A DNA stretch of 32,000 bases from contig NC_002939.5 of NCBI RefSeq assembly GCF_000007985.2, positions 2,580,001-2,612,000 on the forward strand, in the 5' to 3' direction. Shown in pieces: positions 1 through 9,285 of the stretch (position 1 is the first letter of the stretch; each line of letters opens with the position of its first letter). The position numbers were made by a program, and so were the translations under genes. The DNA comes from Geobacter sulfurreducens PCA. Lineage in GTDB: Bacteria > Desulfobacterota > Desulfuromonadia > Geobacterales > Geobacteraceae. The notes beneath the pieces are model-generated. The model was not told the DNA's origin, did not search any database, and was given only the letters and a program-made list of their open reading frames with translations.

Positions 1-2127
1 GCCGTGGCCCAGGTCTACAACCACATCATCATGCCCCTGGCGAACCGGCGGGACAAAGAGACCCAGGTGCGCTGGGGCATCGCCGATTTCGAGCGACGCT
101 TCGGCCGCTTCCCGGAGGGGATGTGGCTGGCCGAAACGGCCGTGGATGTCGAAACACTCGACGTGCTCGCCGCCGAGGGTATCCGCTTCACCATTCTCGC
201 CCCGCACCAGGCCGCGCGGATGCGTGCCCGGGGCGGACGGAAATGGCATTCCGTCGAAGGGGGGCACATCGATCCGACCCGCCCCTATCTCTGTCGTCTG
301 CCGTCGGGACGCTCCATCGTCATCTTCTTTTACGATGGTCCCATCTCCCGGGCCGTGGCCTTCGAGAAACTGCTGGACCATGGCGAGCGCTTCGCCCGGC
401 GGCTCCTGTCCGGATTCGACGACGGCCGGCACCATGCCCAGATCCTCTCGATCGCCACGGATGGCGAGACATACGGCCATCACCACATGCACGGCGACAT
501 GGCCTTGGCCTACGCCCTCTCATATCTGGAGGACAACGGCCTGGCCCGCCTCACCAATTACGGGGAATTCCTGGAGCTCCACCCGCCGGGGCACGAGGTT
601 GAGATCGTGGAGAACAGTTCCTGGAGCTGCATCCACGGCATAGAACGATGGCGCGGCGACTGCGGCTGCAACTCGGGGGGATACCCCCACTGGAACCAGC
701 AATGGCGCGGGCCCCTGCGCCATGCCTTCGACTGGCTGAGGGATGAGCTGGCCGGACCTTACGAAATGGCGGCCGGAGCCCTTCTGCGCGATCCGTGGCA
801 GGCCCGCGACCAGTACTTCCAGGTGATTGCCGACCGCTCCCCCGACCGATTGGAGTCCTTTGTCAATCGCCATGCCCTGCGCCCCCTGAACGACGACGAA
901 CGAATCCGGGTCCTGATGCTCCTGGAGATGCAGCGACACCTCCTTCTGATGTACACGAGCTGTGGCTGGTTCTTTGACGAACTCTCCGGAATCGAAACGG
1001 TGCAGGTGATCCAGTATGCCGGCCGCGCCGTCCAACTGGCACAGGAACTATTCGGCAACGGCAGTGAAACCTCGTTTCTCCAGCGGCTGGCGGCGGTGCG
1101 GGGCAACAATCCCGACTACCGTGGCGGCGCGGGAATCTATGAGGCATTCGTCCGGCCGGCAATGATCGATCTTGTCAAGGTAGGAGCCCATTTTGCGGTC
1201 AGCTCCCTATTCCAGGAGTATGGGGAGGAGACCCGAATCTTCAGCTACCGGGTGAAAAGTGAGGATGTCCGCCTGATCCCGGCGGGCCAGACCCGGCTCG
1301 CCATCGGCCGCGTGTGGGTCGGTTCGACTACCACCGGTGAAGAGGCCCGGATCACCTACTGCGTCCTCTATTTCGGCAACCACGCCCTGAATGGCGGTGT
1401 TCGCATCTTCCGCGGCAACGAAGCTTACGAGGCCATGGTCATCGAAATTGCCAGGGCCTTTGAGTCAAGTGATTTCGCAGAGATCATCCGGCTCATGGAC
1501 GCCCACTTCGGGATGCACAACTACTCCCTGCGGGATCTGTTCCGGGACGAGCAGCGCCGGATTCTCGGCATGGTGATCGGAGGCGTGCTCACTGAGTTCG
1601 AAGACCGCTACACAGCCCTCTACGACAACTACCGCCTCCTCATGGGATTCGTCCGGCAGACCGGCATGCCGGTCCCCTACCGGTTCATGACTACTGCTCA
1701 ACTGGCCCTCAACCTGAAGCTGGACCGGGCCTTCACCAAGCCCGGCATCGCCGAGGCCGAAGTGGGAGAAATCCTGCGCGAGATCGCCGACTGGGAGGTG
1801 GAGATCGAGCGGATCGACCTGGAATTCCAGATCCGCCGCAGGCTGGAAAAGGCCATGACCTGCCTGCGCGACAATCCGCTCGACAGCACCATTCTCACCG
1901 AGGCAGCCGGGCTGCTGGAACTTGCGGGCCATGTCCCCATCGACCTCAACCTCTGGCTGGCCCAGAATATCTATCTGGAGATCGCCCGGCCACTCTGGCG
2001 CGAACTGACGGAGCGGTCCAGGGGGGGCGACACGCACAATGACTGGTGGTTCGGTCAGTTCCGCACCCTGGGCGAACGGCTCAATTTCAACGCGAATGCC
2101 GTCCTCCCCCCGGTACCGGAGGCATGA
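1..2127 (+). CDS. Glycoside hydrolase family 57 protein with a long C-terminal extension (DUF3536-type). The 5' end is truncated by the window edge.
   Basis: Frame 1 is open from base 1, so the listed GTG at position 4 is not a real start. The translation AQVYNHIIMPLANRRDKETQVRWGIADFERRFGRFPEGMWLAETAVD...FTILAPHQA matches the GH57 catalytic-region pattern as I recall it. About 450 further residues follow. The stop TGA at 2125-2127 abuts the treY ATG. Confidence 0.85.
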   Translation, partial: AVAQVYNHIIMPLANRRDKETQVRWGIADFERRFGRFPEGMWLAETAVDVETLDVLAAEGIRFTILAPHQAARMRARGGRKWHSVEGGHIDPTRPYLCRLPSGRSIVIFFYDGPISRAVAFEKLLDHGERFARRLLSGFDDGRHHAQILSIATDGETYGHHHMHGDMALAYALSYLEDNGLARLTNYGEFLELHPPGHEVEIVENSSWSCIHGIERWRGDCGCNSGGYPHWNQQWRGPLRHAFDWLRDELAGPYEMAAGALLRDPWQARDQYFQVIADRSPDRLESFVNRHALRPLNDDERIRVLMLLEMQRHLLLMYTSCGWFFDELSGIETVQVIQYAGRAVQLAQELFGNGSETSFLQRLAAVRGNNPDYRGGAGIYEAFVRPAMIDLVKVGAHFAVSSLFQEYGEETRIFSYRVKSEDVRLIPAGQTRLAIGRVWVGSTTTGEEARITYCVLYFGNHALNGGVRIFRGNEAYEAMVIEIARAFESSDFAEIIRLMDAHFGMHNYSLRDLFRDEQRRILGMVIGGVLTEFEDRYTALYDNYRLLMGFVRQTGMPVPYRFMTTAQLALNLKLDRAFTKPGIAEAEVGEILREIADWEVEIERIDLEFQIRRRLEKAMTCLRDNPLDSTILTEAAGLLELAGHVPIDLNLWLAQNIYLEIARPLWRELTERSRGGDTHNDWWFGQFRTLGERLNFNANAVLPPVPEA

Positions 2128-5118
2128 ATGCAACAAAATGTTACCCTGGAGGCACGTGTCCCCACAGCAACCTATCGCCTGCAGTTCAACGGTGACTTCC
2201 GCTTCTGCGATGCGGCGCGGCTCGTCCCCTACCTGGACGCCCTGGGGGTGAGCGACATCTACGCCTCTCCTTTCCTGAAGGCGCGTACCGGAAGCATGCA
2301 CGGCTACGACATCGTCGACCACAACCGCCTGAACCCCGAACTGGGAAGCCGGGACGACTTCAATGCTTACTGTGCGATGCTACAGCGCCACAGCATGGGG
2401 CAGATCCTCGACTTCGTTCCCAACCACATGTGTGTGGAAGGGGGAGAGAACGAACGTTGGCTCGATCTGCTGGAAAACGGCCCCAGCTCCGCTCACGGAG
2501 AATTTTTCGACGTAGACTGGTCGCCGGTCAAGAAGGAACTGACCGACAAGGTGCTGATCCCGGTCCTGGGGGACCAGTACGGGACGATCCTGGAAAACGG
2601 GGAACTGGTTCTTTCCTTCCAGGAAGGGGCATTTTTCATCAGCTATTACGAGCACCGCTTCCCCATCATCCCCAAGACCTACAGCCCGATACTCACCCAC
2701 CGGCTCCACGAGCTGGAGCGGCTTTTCCCACCTGACCACGAGGCATACCGGGAACTCCTGAGCATCGTCACGGCCATCGACCATCTCCCCTTCTACACGG
2801 AGCGGGATACGGAACGGGTCCGGGAACGCTACCGGGAGAAGGAGGTAATCAAGCGCCGGCTGTGGACCCTTTGCTCCGAAAACTGGCCTATCAAAGAGTT
2901 CATCGATGAAAACGTCCGGATTTTCAATGGAGAGAAGGGGAATCCACGCAGCTTTGACCTTCTGGACGGGCTTTTGCGCCAGCAAGTCTATCGCTTGGCT
3001 CACTGGCGCACCGCCACGGACGAAATCAACTACCGCCGGTTCTTCGACATCAACGCCCTGGGCGCCATCCGGATGGAAACTCCCCGGGTTTTCGAGGAAA
3101 CCCACCGCCTGGTTATGGAATTGGTGAGCGAAGGCACGGTAACCGGCCTGCGGATCGATCATGCAGACGGGCTCTACGATCCCACCGATTATTTCAGACG
3201 GCTCCAGCGGGCCTGTTTCCTGGAAACGCGCCTGGCAAGCCTCGGCGGGTCCGCTGGCGAGACTCCGGAAACCCTGAGAGAGACGATCCTGCAAATGTAC
3301 GACGAAATGTTGGAGGTTTCGCCCCAGACCATGCCCTTCTACATCGTCGGCGAAAAGATTCTGATGAAGAACGAACGGCTCCCCGAAGACTGGCCGATCC
3401 ATGGCACTACCGGGTACGAATTCGCTAATGCCGTAACCGGCCTCATGGTTGATACCCGCAACGGACGGGAGTTCGATGCGATGTACGCTCGGTTCATCCA
3501 GGAACGGCCGAATTTCGCCGAAATAACCTACTTGAAGAAGAAACAGGTCATGCGGTTCTCCATGGGGGGCGAAATCAACACCCTAGGGCACTACCTGAAC
3601 ACCCTCTCGGAAAGCAACCGCCACACCCGCGACTTCACCCTCGGCAGTCTCACCAGGGCGTTGATGGAAGTGATCGCCCACTTCCCCGTCTACCGAACCT
3701 ACACGGCAACACGCAAGGTGGCGGACCGAGACCGCCAGTACATAGAGTACGCCGTGGCCAAGGCTAAACGACGCAATCCCGCCATGAGCGAATCGATCTT
3801 CACATTCATCGAAGATGTGCTCCTGCTCCGTTTTTACGACAGCACCGGCGGGGAAGAGCAGAAGCAATGGCTCGATTTCGTCATGAAGTTCCAGCAGCTC
3901 ACGGGACCAGTCATGGCCAAGGGGCTGGAGGACACTGCATTTTATGTGTTCAACCGGCTCGTCGCCCTCAACGAGGTGGGTGGGACGCCCGAGCGGTTCG
4001 GGCTCACCATGGAGGCGTTCCACGGCCAAAATATCGAGCGGGCACGCAGCACCCCTTTCACCATGCTGGCCACATCGACCCACGACACCAAGCGGAGCGA
4101 GGATGTACGAGCCCGGATCAGCGTCCTGTCCGAAGATCCTACCTTCTGGCACGATTGTCTGATGCGCTGGAGCCGGATAAATCGAGGCCACAAAGTGATC
4201 GTGCAGGGGGTTAAAGTTCCGGACCGGAACGAGGAGTACCTCCTCTACCAAACCATCGTGGGCGCTTGGCCCGCTGAGGAATTCACGGCCGATGGGCACG
4301 GCGCGTTCGTTGACCGGGTCAGGCAGTACATGCTCAAGGCCATGCGGGAAGCCAAGGTGAACACCAGCTGGATCAACCCCAACCCGGTCCACGAGGAGGC
4401 GGTCCACCACTTCGTCGATGCCATTCTCCGGAACGTACCGACCAACGGGTTCCTTGCCGATCTGCGCCGGACACTTCCCCCCCTTGTCCGCTGCGGCATG
4501 CTGAATTCCCTTTCCCAGACCCTGCTCAAGGCGGCGTCCCCCGGCATCCCAGACTTCTACCAAGGGACGGAACTCTGGGATTTCAGCCTGGTCGACCCGG
4601 ACAACCGGCGACCGGTGGACTTTGACAAGCGGTCGGTTATGCTGGAAGGATTGCGATTGGCTGAGCAGGAACGGGGCACCCTCGCCCTGGCCCGGGAACT
4701 TCTCGCCGACATGGCTGACGGCAGAGTCAAACTCTTTCTGGTCTGGAAGACCCTCTGCTTCCGCAGGGATCACCGGAGCCTCTTCGAAGCGGGCAAGTAT
4801 CTTCCCTTGGAGGTTCAGGGCGAACGCAGCGACAACGTCTGCGCCTTCGAACGGTACAACGACGGAGAGTCCGTCATTGCCGTGGCACCCCGCTTCTTCA
4901 GCCGATTGGGGGCAGTTCCTGCGGGTGGCGAAACCTGGCAGGACTCCCGGATCGTTATTCCGTTCGAAAGTGCCGGCTGCGCCTATCGCAACATCTTCAC
5001 CGGTAAACGGGTCGTGACCTCGCCGCGGGAAGGGCAGACGATCCTGCCCCTTGCCGACGTGCTGGCCGACTTCCCCGTAGCACTGCTTGAGGCAGTGAGA
5101 GAAGAGCTTCCACGCTGA
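2128..5118 (+). CDS. treY: Malto-oligosyltrehalose synthase (GH13, TreY)
   Basis: ATG at 2128 is preceded by GGAGG at 2118-2122. The N-terminus TYRLQFNGDFRFCDAARLVPYLDALGVSDIYASPFLKARTGSMHGYDIVDHNRLNPELG is the characteristic TreY start. Later GH13 motifs are present (GLRIDHADGL, HDTKRSEDVRARI). Confidence 0.9.
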   Translation: MQQNVTLEARVPTATYRLQFNGDFRFCDAARLVPYLDALGVSDIYASPFLKARTGSMHGYDIVDHNRLNPELGSRDDFNAYCAMLQRHSMGQILDFVPNHMCVEGGENERWLDLLENGPSSAHGEFFDVDWSPVKKELTDKVLIPVLGDQYGTILENGELVLSFQEGAFFISYYEHRFPIIPKTYSPILTHRLHELERLFPPDHEAYRELLSIVTAIDHLPFYTERDTERVRERYREKEVIKRRLWTLCSENWPIKEFIDENVRIFNGEKGNPRSFDLLDGLLRQQVYRLAHWRTATDEINYRRFFDINALGAIRMETPRVFEETHRLVMELVSEGTVTGLRIDHADGLYDPTDYFRRLQRACFLETRLASLGGSAGETPETLRETILQMYDEMLEVSPQTMPFYIVGEKILMKNERLPEDWPIHGTTGYEFANAVTGLMVDTRNGREFDAMYARFIQERPNFAEITYLKKKQVMRFSMGGEINTLGHYLNTLSESNRHTRDFTLGSLTRALMEVIAHFPVYRTYTATRKVADRDRQYIEYAVAKAKRRNPAMSESIFTFIEDVLLLRFYDSTGGEEQKQWLDFVMKFQQLTGPVMAKGLEDTAFYVFNRLVALNEVGGTPERFGLTMEAFHGQNIERARSTPFTMLATSTHDTKRSEDVRARISVLSEDPTFWHDCLMRWSRINRGHKVIVQGVKVPDRNEEYLLYQTIVGAWPAEEFTADGHGAFVDRVRQYMLKAMREAKVNTSWINPNPVHEEAVHHFVDAILRNVPTNGFLADLRRTLPPLVRCGMLNSLSQTLLKAASPGIPDFYQGTELWDFSLVDPDNRRPVDFDKRSVMLEGLRLAEQERGTLALARELLADMADGRVKLFLVWKTLCFRRDHRSLFEAGKYLPLEVQGERSDNVCAFERYNDGESVIAVAPRFFSRLGAVPAGGETWQDSRIVIPFESAGCAYRNIFTGKRVVTSPREGQTILPLADVLADFPVALLEAVREELPR

Positions 5119-5153
5119 ATCCGCGGCCGCACGCTACTATCACGGAGGCACCA

Positions 5154-8100
5154 ATGGCTCGCAGGACACCGCTGTCGGACGACACCCCCCTCTGGTACCG
5201 GGACGCCGTCATCTACCAACTCCACGTGAAGGCCTTCGCCGATTCCGACGGCGACGGCGTGGGGGACTTCCGGGGCCTCATGGGGAAGCTCGATTATCTC
5301 CAGTCCCTGGGGATCACCGCCATCTGGATACTTCCCTTCTACCCGTCCCCCTTGCGCGACGACGGCTACGACATTGCCGACTACTACAACGTCAACCCCA
5401 GCTACAACACCCTGCGCGAATTCCGGGAATTCCTCAGGGAGGCCCATGCCCGCCGCATCCGGGTCATCACCGAGCTGGTCCTCAACCACACCTCGGACCA
5501 GCACCCCTGGTTCCAGCGTGCCCGCCGGGCAAAACCGGGCTCGGTCCACCGGGACTACTACGTCTGGAGCGATACCCCCGACCGGTACCGGGAAACCCGG
5601 ATCATCTTCCAGGACTTCGAGACGTCCAACTGGAGTTGGGACCCGGTGGCCAAGGCCTACTACTGGCACCGGTTCTATTCCCACCAGCCCGACCTCAATT
5701 TCGACAACCCCCGGGTCCAGTCGGAAGTGCTCCGGATCATCGACTACTGGCTGGGGATGGGTGTGGACGGCGTCCGGCTGGATGCCGTCCCCTACCTCTT
5801 CGAGCGGGAAGGAACCAACTGCGAAAACCTGCCCGAAACCCATGACTTCCTGAAAAGGCTCCGGGGACACATGGACGCCTCGTTCCCCAACCGGATGCTG
5901 CTGGGCGAGGCCAATCAATGGCCCGAGGACGCGGTGGCCTATTTCGGCGAGGGGGACGAGTGCAACATGCTCTTCCACTTCCCGCTGATGCCCCGCATGT
6001 ACATGGCCATCGAGATGGAGGACCGCTTCCCGGTGGTCGACATCCTCGACCAGACCCCCGCGATCCCCGAGGGATGCCAGTGGGCCATCTTTCTCCGCAA
6101 CCACGACGAGCTGACCCTGGAGATGGTGACCGACGAGGAGCGGGACTACATGTACCGGATCTACGCCTCGGACCCCAAGGCCAGGATCAACCTGGGAATC
6201 CGGCGGCGGCTGGCGCCCCTCCTCGGCAAGGACCGGCGGCGGATCGAACTCATGAACGCCCTGCTCTTCTCCCTGCCCGGCACCCCCGTCATCTACTACG
6301 GCGATGAGATCGGCATGGGGGACAACTACTACCTGGGGGACCGCAACGGCGTCCGTACCCCCATGCAGTGGAGCCCCGACCGCAATGCCGGTTTTTCCGG
6401 CGCCAACCCCCAGCGCCTCTTCCTGCCGGTCATCATCGATCCCGAATACCACTACGAAGCGGTAAACGTGGACATCCAGGAGCGCAACCCCACCTCGCTG
6501 CTCTGGTGGATGCGGCGCATCATCGCCGTGCGCCGCCGCTACCGGGCCTTCAGCCGCGGCGCCATGGAGATGCTCTATCCGGCCAACCACAAGGTCCTGG
6601 CCTTTCTCCGCCGCCACGAGGATGAAGTGATCCTCGTGGTGGTCAACCTCTCCCGCTTCGCCCAGGCCATCAACCTGGACCTTCAGGAATTCGCCGGCAT
6701 ATCCCCCGAAGACCTCTTCAGCCGGAATCGCTTCCCGGTCATCCGCGAAGCCACCTATCCCCTCACCCTGGGCCCCCACGACCACTTCTGGTTCCTGCTG
6801 CGGCGCAGGGAAGCGCCGCTTCAGGCCGAGGAAGAACTGCCGCGGATCAGGCTTCGGGGAGAACTCCCCTGGTGGGAGACTCTCCGCCAGACCAGGGGCG
6901 ACGCTCACCTGGAACGGGTGACCACCGATTACCTCAAGCGAAGCGGTTGGTTCCGGGGAAAAGCGAGGGCAATCATCGGCTACGTGCTGCGCGACACCGT
7001 GCTCCTGCGGCAGGGGGAACGGGTGTTCCCCATCTTCTTCCTTGAGGTACGCTACCAGGACGGCCCGCCGGAAACCTACCTGATTCCCGTGGCGTTCCTC
7101 ACCGGTGCCGGAGCGAAACGGGTAAGCGCCGAATCCCCCCGGGCGGCCATAGCCGCTCTTTCCGTGGGGGACGAAGAGGGCATTCTCTGCGATGCGGTCC
7201 ATGACCGGGAATTCAGGGACGCGCTCCTTGCCCTGGCACTCGGCCGTCGCCGGCTCCATGGCGAGGAAAACAGTCTCATCGTGCCGGTTCACGCCGGAGC
7301 AGGACGCATCGGCTCCAGGGAAGAGATGCGTCATCTCGCCTCCGAACTCCCCAAGGCGGAACAGACCAACAGCATCATCACCTACGGCGATCGCCACGTG
7401 CTCAAGCTCTACCGCAAGGTGGAGCCGGGCATCAATTCCGAGGTGGAGATGGCGCGGTTCCTCACCGCAAAATCGAGCTACCCCAACGTTGCCCCCTTCC
7501 AGGGGAGCCTGGAATTGCGGCATCCCGGCGTCGAGCCGGGCGCTATCGGCCTGCTCCAGGGATACGTACAGAACCAGGGCGACGGCTGGCGACTCTCCCT
7601 CCACCTCCTGGGCCAGTACTTCGAGCGGATTCTCTCGTGCCGGGGCGAGCTGCCACCGCCGCCGTCGCGTTTTTCGAGCCTCATGGACGGCAGCGCCTGC
7701 ACCGTGCCGGAACCGGCGGCGGAGCTCATCGGCGGCTTTTATTTGGAGATGGCTGGACTTCTCGGCCGCCGGACCGCCGAGCTCCACTTGGCCCTCGCCG
7801 CCGGGGGAAACGACCCGGCTTGGCGGCCCGAGGAGTATTCCACCCTCTACCAGCGCTCCGTGTACCAGTCCATGCGCAACCAGGCCCGACGCAGCCTCCA
7901 GCTCCTGGCCCAGCACCACAAGGACCTGCCCGCAGAGGCGTTGGCATCGGCCGACAGGATTCTGAGCGCGGAAAAGGAACTTCTCGCCTGTCTGCGTCCC
8001 ATCGTCGGCCGGCGGATTCAGGCCATGAAGAGCCGCATCCACGGCAACTTCAGGTTGGAAAAGGTTCTCTTCACCGGCAAGGACTTCATGATAATCGACC

Positions 8101-8489
8101 TGGAGGGCGAGCCGGACCGGCCCCTCGGCGAGCGCCGCATCAAACGCTCCCCCCTGCGGGATGTGGCGGGAATGATCCGCTCCTTCCACAACGCCACCCT
8201 GACGGCCCTTGCCCGCCACGGCGCTGGCCATCCCGGCGACATCCCGCTCCTGGAGCCCTGGGCGGAGGCCTGCTGGTATCACGTGAGCTGCCGCTATCTG
8301 GCCGGCTACCTGGAGCAGATGGGCACAAGCCCCCTCGTCCCGACGGAGCGGAGCGACCTCGAGACCCTCCTCCGCTCGTTCCTGCTGGACAATGCCCTCC
8401 ACGAACTCGGCTATGCCCTCGCCAACCGCCCCGAACGGGTTTCCTCTTACCTGCGCGGGGTCGAGACGGTGCTGCGGGAGTTCCGGTAA
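5154..8489 (+). CDS. treS: Trehalose synthase fused to maltokinase (TreS-Pep2 fusion, 1111 aa)
   Basis: ATG at 5154 with GGAGG at 5144-5148. The N-terminal half has TreS/GH13 motifs: WYRDAVIYQLHVKAFADSDGDGVGDFRGL, GVDGVRLDAVPYL, FLRNHDELTLEMVTDEERDYMY. The C-terminal ~500 aa resembles the Pep2/Mak maltokinase module (IIDLEGEP...ERR.K.SPLRDVAGMIRSF). Stop TAA at 8487-8489. Confidence 0.9.
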   Translation: MARRTPLSDDTPLWYRDAVIYQLHVKAFADSDGDGVGDFRGLMGKLDYLQSLGITAIWILPFYPSPLRDDGYDIADYYNVNPSYNTLREFREFLREAHARRIRVITELVLNHTSDQHPWFQRARRAKPGSVHRDYYVWSDTPDRYRETRIIFQDFETSNWSWDPVAKAYYWHRFYSHQPDLNFDNPRVQSEVLRIIDYWLGMGVDGVRLDAVPYLFEREGTNCENLPETHDFLKRLRGHMDASFPNRMLLGEANQWPEDAVAYFGEGDECNMLFHFPLMPRMYMAIEMEDRFPVVDILDQTPAIPEGCQWAIFLRNHDELTLEMVTDEERDYMYRIYASDPKARINLGIRRRLAPLLGKDRRRIELMNALLFSLPGTPVIYYGDEIGMGDNYYLGDRNGVRTPMQWSPDRNAGFSGANPQRLFLPVIIDPEYHYEAVNVDIQERNPTSLLWWMRRIIAVRRRYRAFSRGAMEMLYPANHKVLAFLRRHEDEVILVVVNLSRFAQAINLDLQEFAGISPEDLFSRNRFPVIREATYPLTLGPHDHFWFLLRRREAPLQAEEELPRIRLRGELPWWETLRQTRGDAHLERVTTDYLKRSGWFRGKARAIIGYVLRDTVLLRQGERVFPIFFLEVRYQDGPPETYLIPVAFLTGAGAKRVSAESPRAAIAALSVGDEEGILCDAVHDREFRDALLALALGRRRLHGEENSLIVPVHAGAGRIGSREEMRHLASELPKAEQTNSIITYGDRHVLKLYRKVEPGINSEVEMARFLTAKSSYPNVAPFQGSLELRHPGVEPGAIGLLQGYVQNQGDGWRLSLHLLGQYFERILSCRGELPPPPSRFSSLMDGSACTVPEPAAELIGGFYLEMAGLLGRRTAELHLALAAGGNDPAWRPEEYSTLYQRSVYQSMRNQARRSLQLLAQHHKDLPAEALASADRILSAEKELLACLRPIVGRRIQAMKSRIHGNFRLEKVLFTGKDFMIIDLEGEPDRPLGERRIKRSPLRDVAGMIRSFHNATLTALARHGAGHPGDIPLLEPWAEACWYHVSCRYLAGYLEQMGTSPLVPTERSDLETLLRSFLLDNALHELGYALANRPERVSSYLRGVETVLREFR

Positions 8490-8502
8490 CCGTTTCCGCC
8501 AT

Positions 8503-8532
8503 AAAAAAAGGAGCCGATCATGGCTCCTTTTT
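8503..8532. terminator. Bidirectional intrinsic terminator between convergent treS and marR
   Basis: AAAAAAAGGAGCC-gatcat-GGCTCCTTTTT. A perfect GGAGCC/GGCTCC stem is extended by A/T pairs, with an A-tract on one side and a T-tract on the other. It lies 14 nt after the treS stop and 17 nt after the marR stop. Confidence 0.8.
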
Positions 8533-8548
8533 AGCGGAAACTCCCGTT

Positions 8549-9070
8549 TCACTCCGTATTCCTTCGCCCCTTCCGGGCGCCCCCTGCCCGCGCCCGGTTC
8601 ACCTCCGACGAGAAAATGAGCTGGGGGGGAAGGTTCTGCGCCCCGAGGATGCTGACCATGAGCTGAAATCCTTCGAAGATGGTTTCGAGCTTCTCCCGGG
8701 GAATGTTTTCCAGCCCCGACACAAGGAGTCCCTGGGCCACCTCGGGAGCTTGCGCCACCAGGTTTTTCCCGTCTTCCGTCAGGTCGACCATCACCACCCG
8801 GCGATCCTCCCGGGACCGGGTCCGCTGCACGAGCCCCAGAGCCTCCAGCCGATCGATGATCCCCACTACCGTGGCATTGTGGAGATAGAGCCTGCGGGCG
8901 AGATCGGAAACCCGAATGGGGCCGTGGCCGGCAACGACCTTGATGGTCCAGAGCTGGGGCCCGGTGAGCCCCGTCTCACGCATGGCCCGTTTCGAGTGTT
9001 CGTTCACAACCTGAAAAACCCGGCGCAGGTTATCGGTCACATCGGCGATAAGTTCTTCTGTAGTTTTCAT
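8549..9070 (-). CDS. MarR-family winged-helix transcriptional regulator
   Basis: The translation has a MarR-like wHTH core: LTGPQLWTIKVVAGHGPIRVSDLARRLYLHNATVVGIIDRLEALGLVQRTRSREDRRVVMVDLTEDG. I chose the ATG at 9068-9070 (MKTTEEL) because GGAG lies 6 nt upstream. The ORF-track start at 9115 adds 15 unsupported residues. Confidence 0.8.
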   Translation of the reverse strand: MKTTEELIADVTDNLRRVFQVVNEHSKRAMRETGLTGPQLWTIKVVAGHGPIRVSDLARRLYLHNATVVGIIDRLEALGLVQRTRSREDRRVVMVDLTEDGKNLVAQAPEVAQGLLVSGLENIPREKLETIFEGFQLMVSILGAQNLPPQLIFSSEVNRARAGGARKGRRNTE

Positions 9071-9173
9071 TATCAGCTCCGGTTCAGGATCGTAACGCCC
9101 CCTTCTCGCCCCCATCCTAGCGCCGGATTATCACCAAGGCAAGAAAATCGACCAGTGCGACGGGGAAAACATG

Positions 9174-9204
9174 TTGCGGAATCGTAACCGCGGCAGTATA
9201 TAAT
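9174..9204 (+). promoter_or_regulatory. Candidate sigma70-type promoter for the ClC gene
   Basis: TTGCGG (9174-9179), 17 nt, TATATA (9197-9202), overlapping a perfect TATAAT at 9199-9204. The -35 element is weak. Its position argues against the TTG start at 9205. Confidence 0.3.
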
Positions 9205-9285
9205 TTGCATTCAAACAATCGGGATGCGACGGGGCGGCCCGCATTCCGAAAACCGGGCTTTCCCGCCCAGGAGCCGCATCCTGCC

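Noticed and set aside
4983-8552. A 1189-aa ORF on the minus strand, the longest ORF in the window
   Set aside because: It lies entirely antisense to treS-pep2. Its translation is R/G/P/A/V-rich and low-complexity with no recognisable motif, whereas the plus-strand frame has clear TreS and maltokinase signatures. This is a typical shadow ORF of a high-GC genome, where stop codons are rare in the antisense frame.
9205-9285. Fluoride (crcB-motif) riboswitch upstream of the ClC gene
   Set aside because: The leader lacks the conserved fluoride-riboswitch core as I remember it (GAUGG ... AAAC.GC ... GCUGAUGA..CCUAC). The channel also carries CBS domains, unlike the short CLC-F fluoride exporters. 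I kept only the generic hairpin observation.
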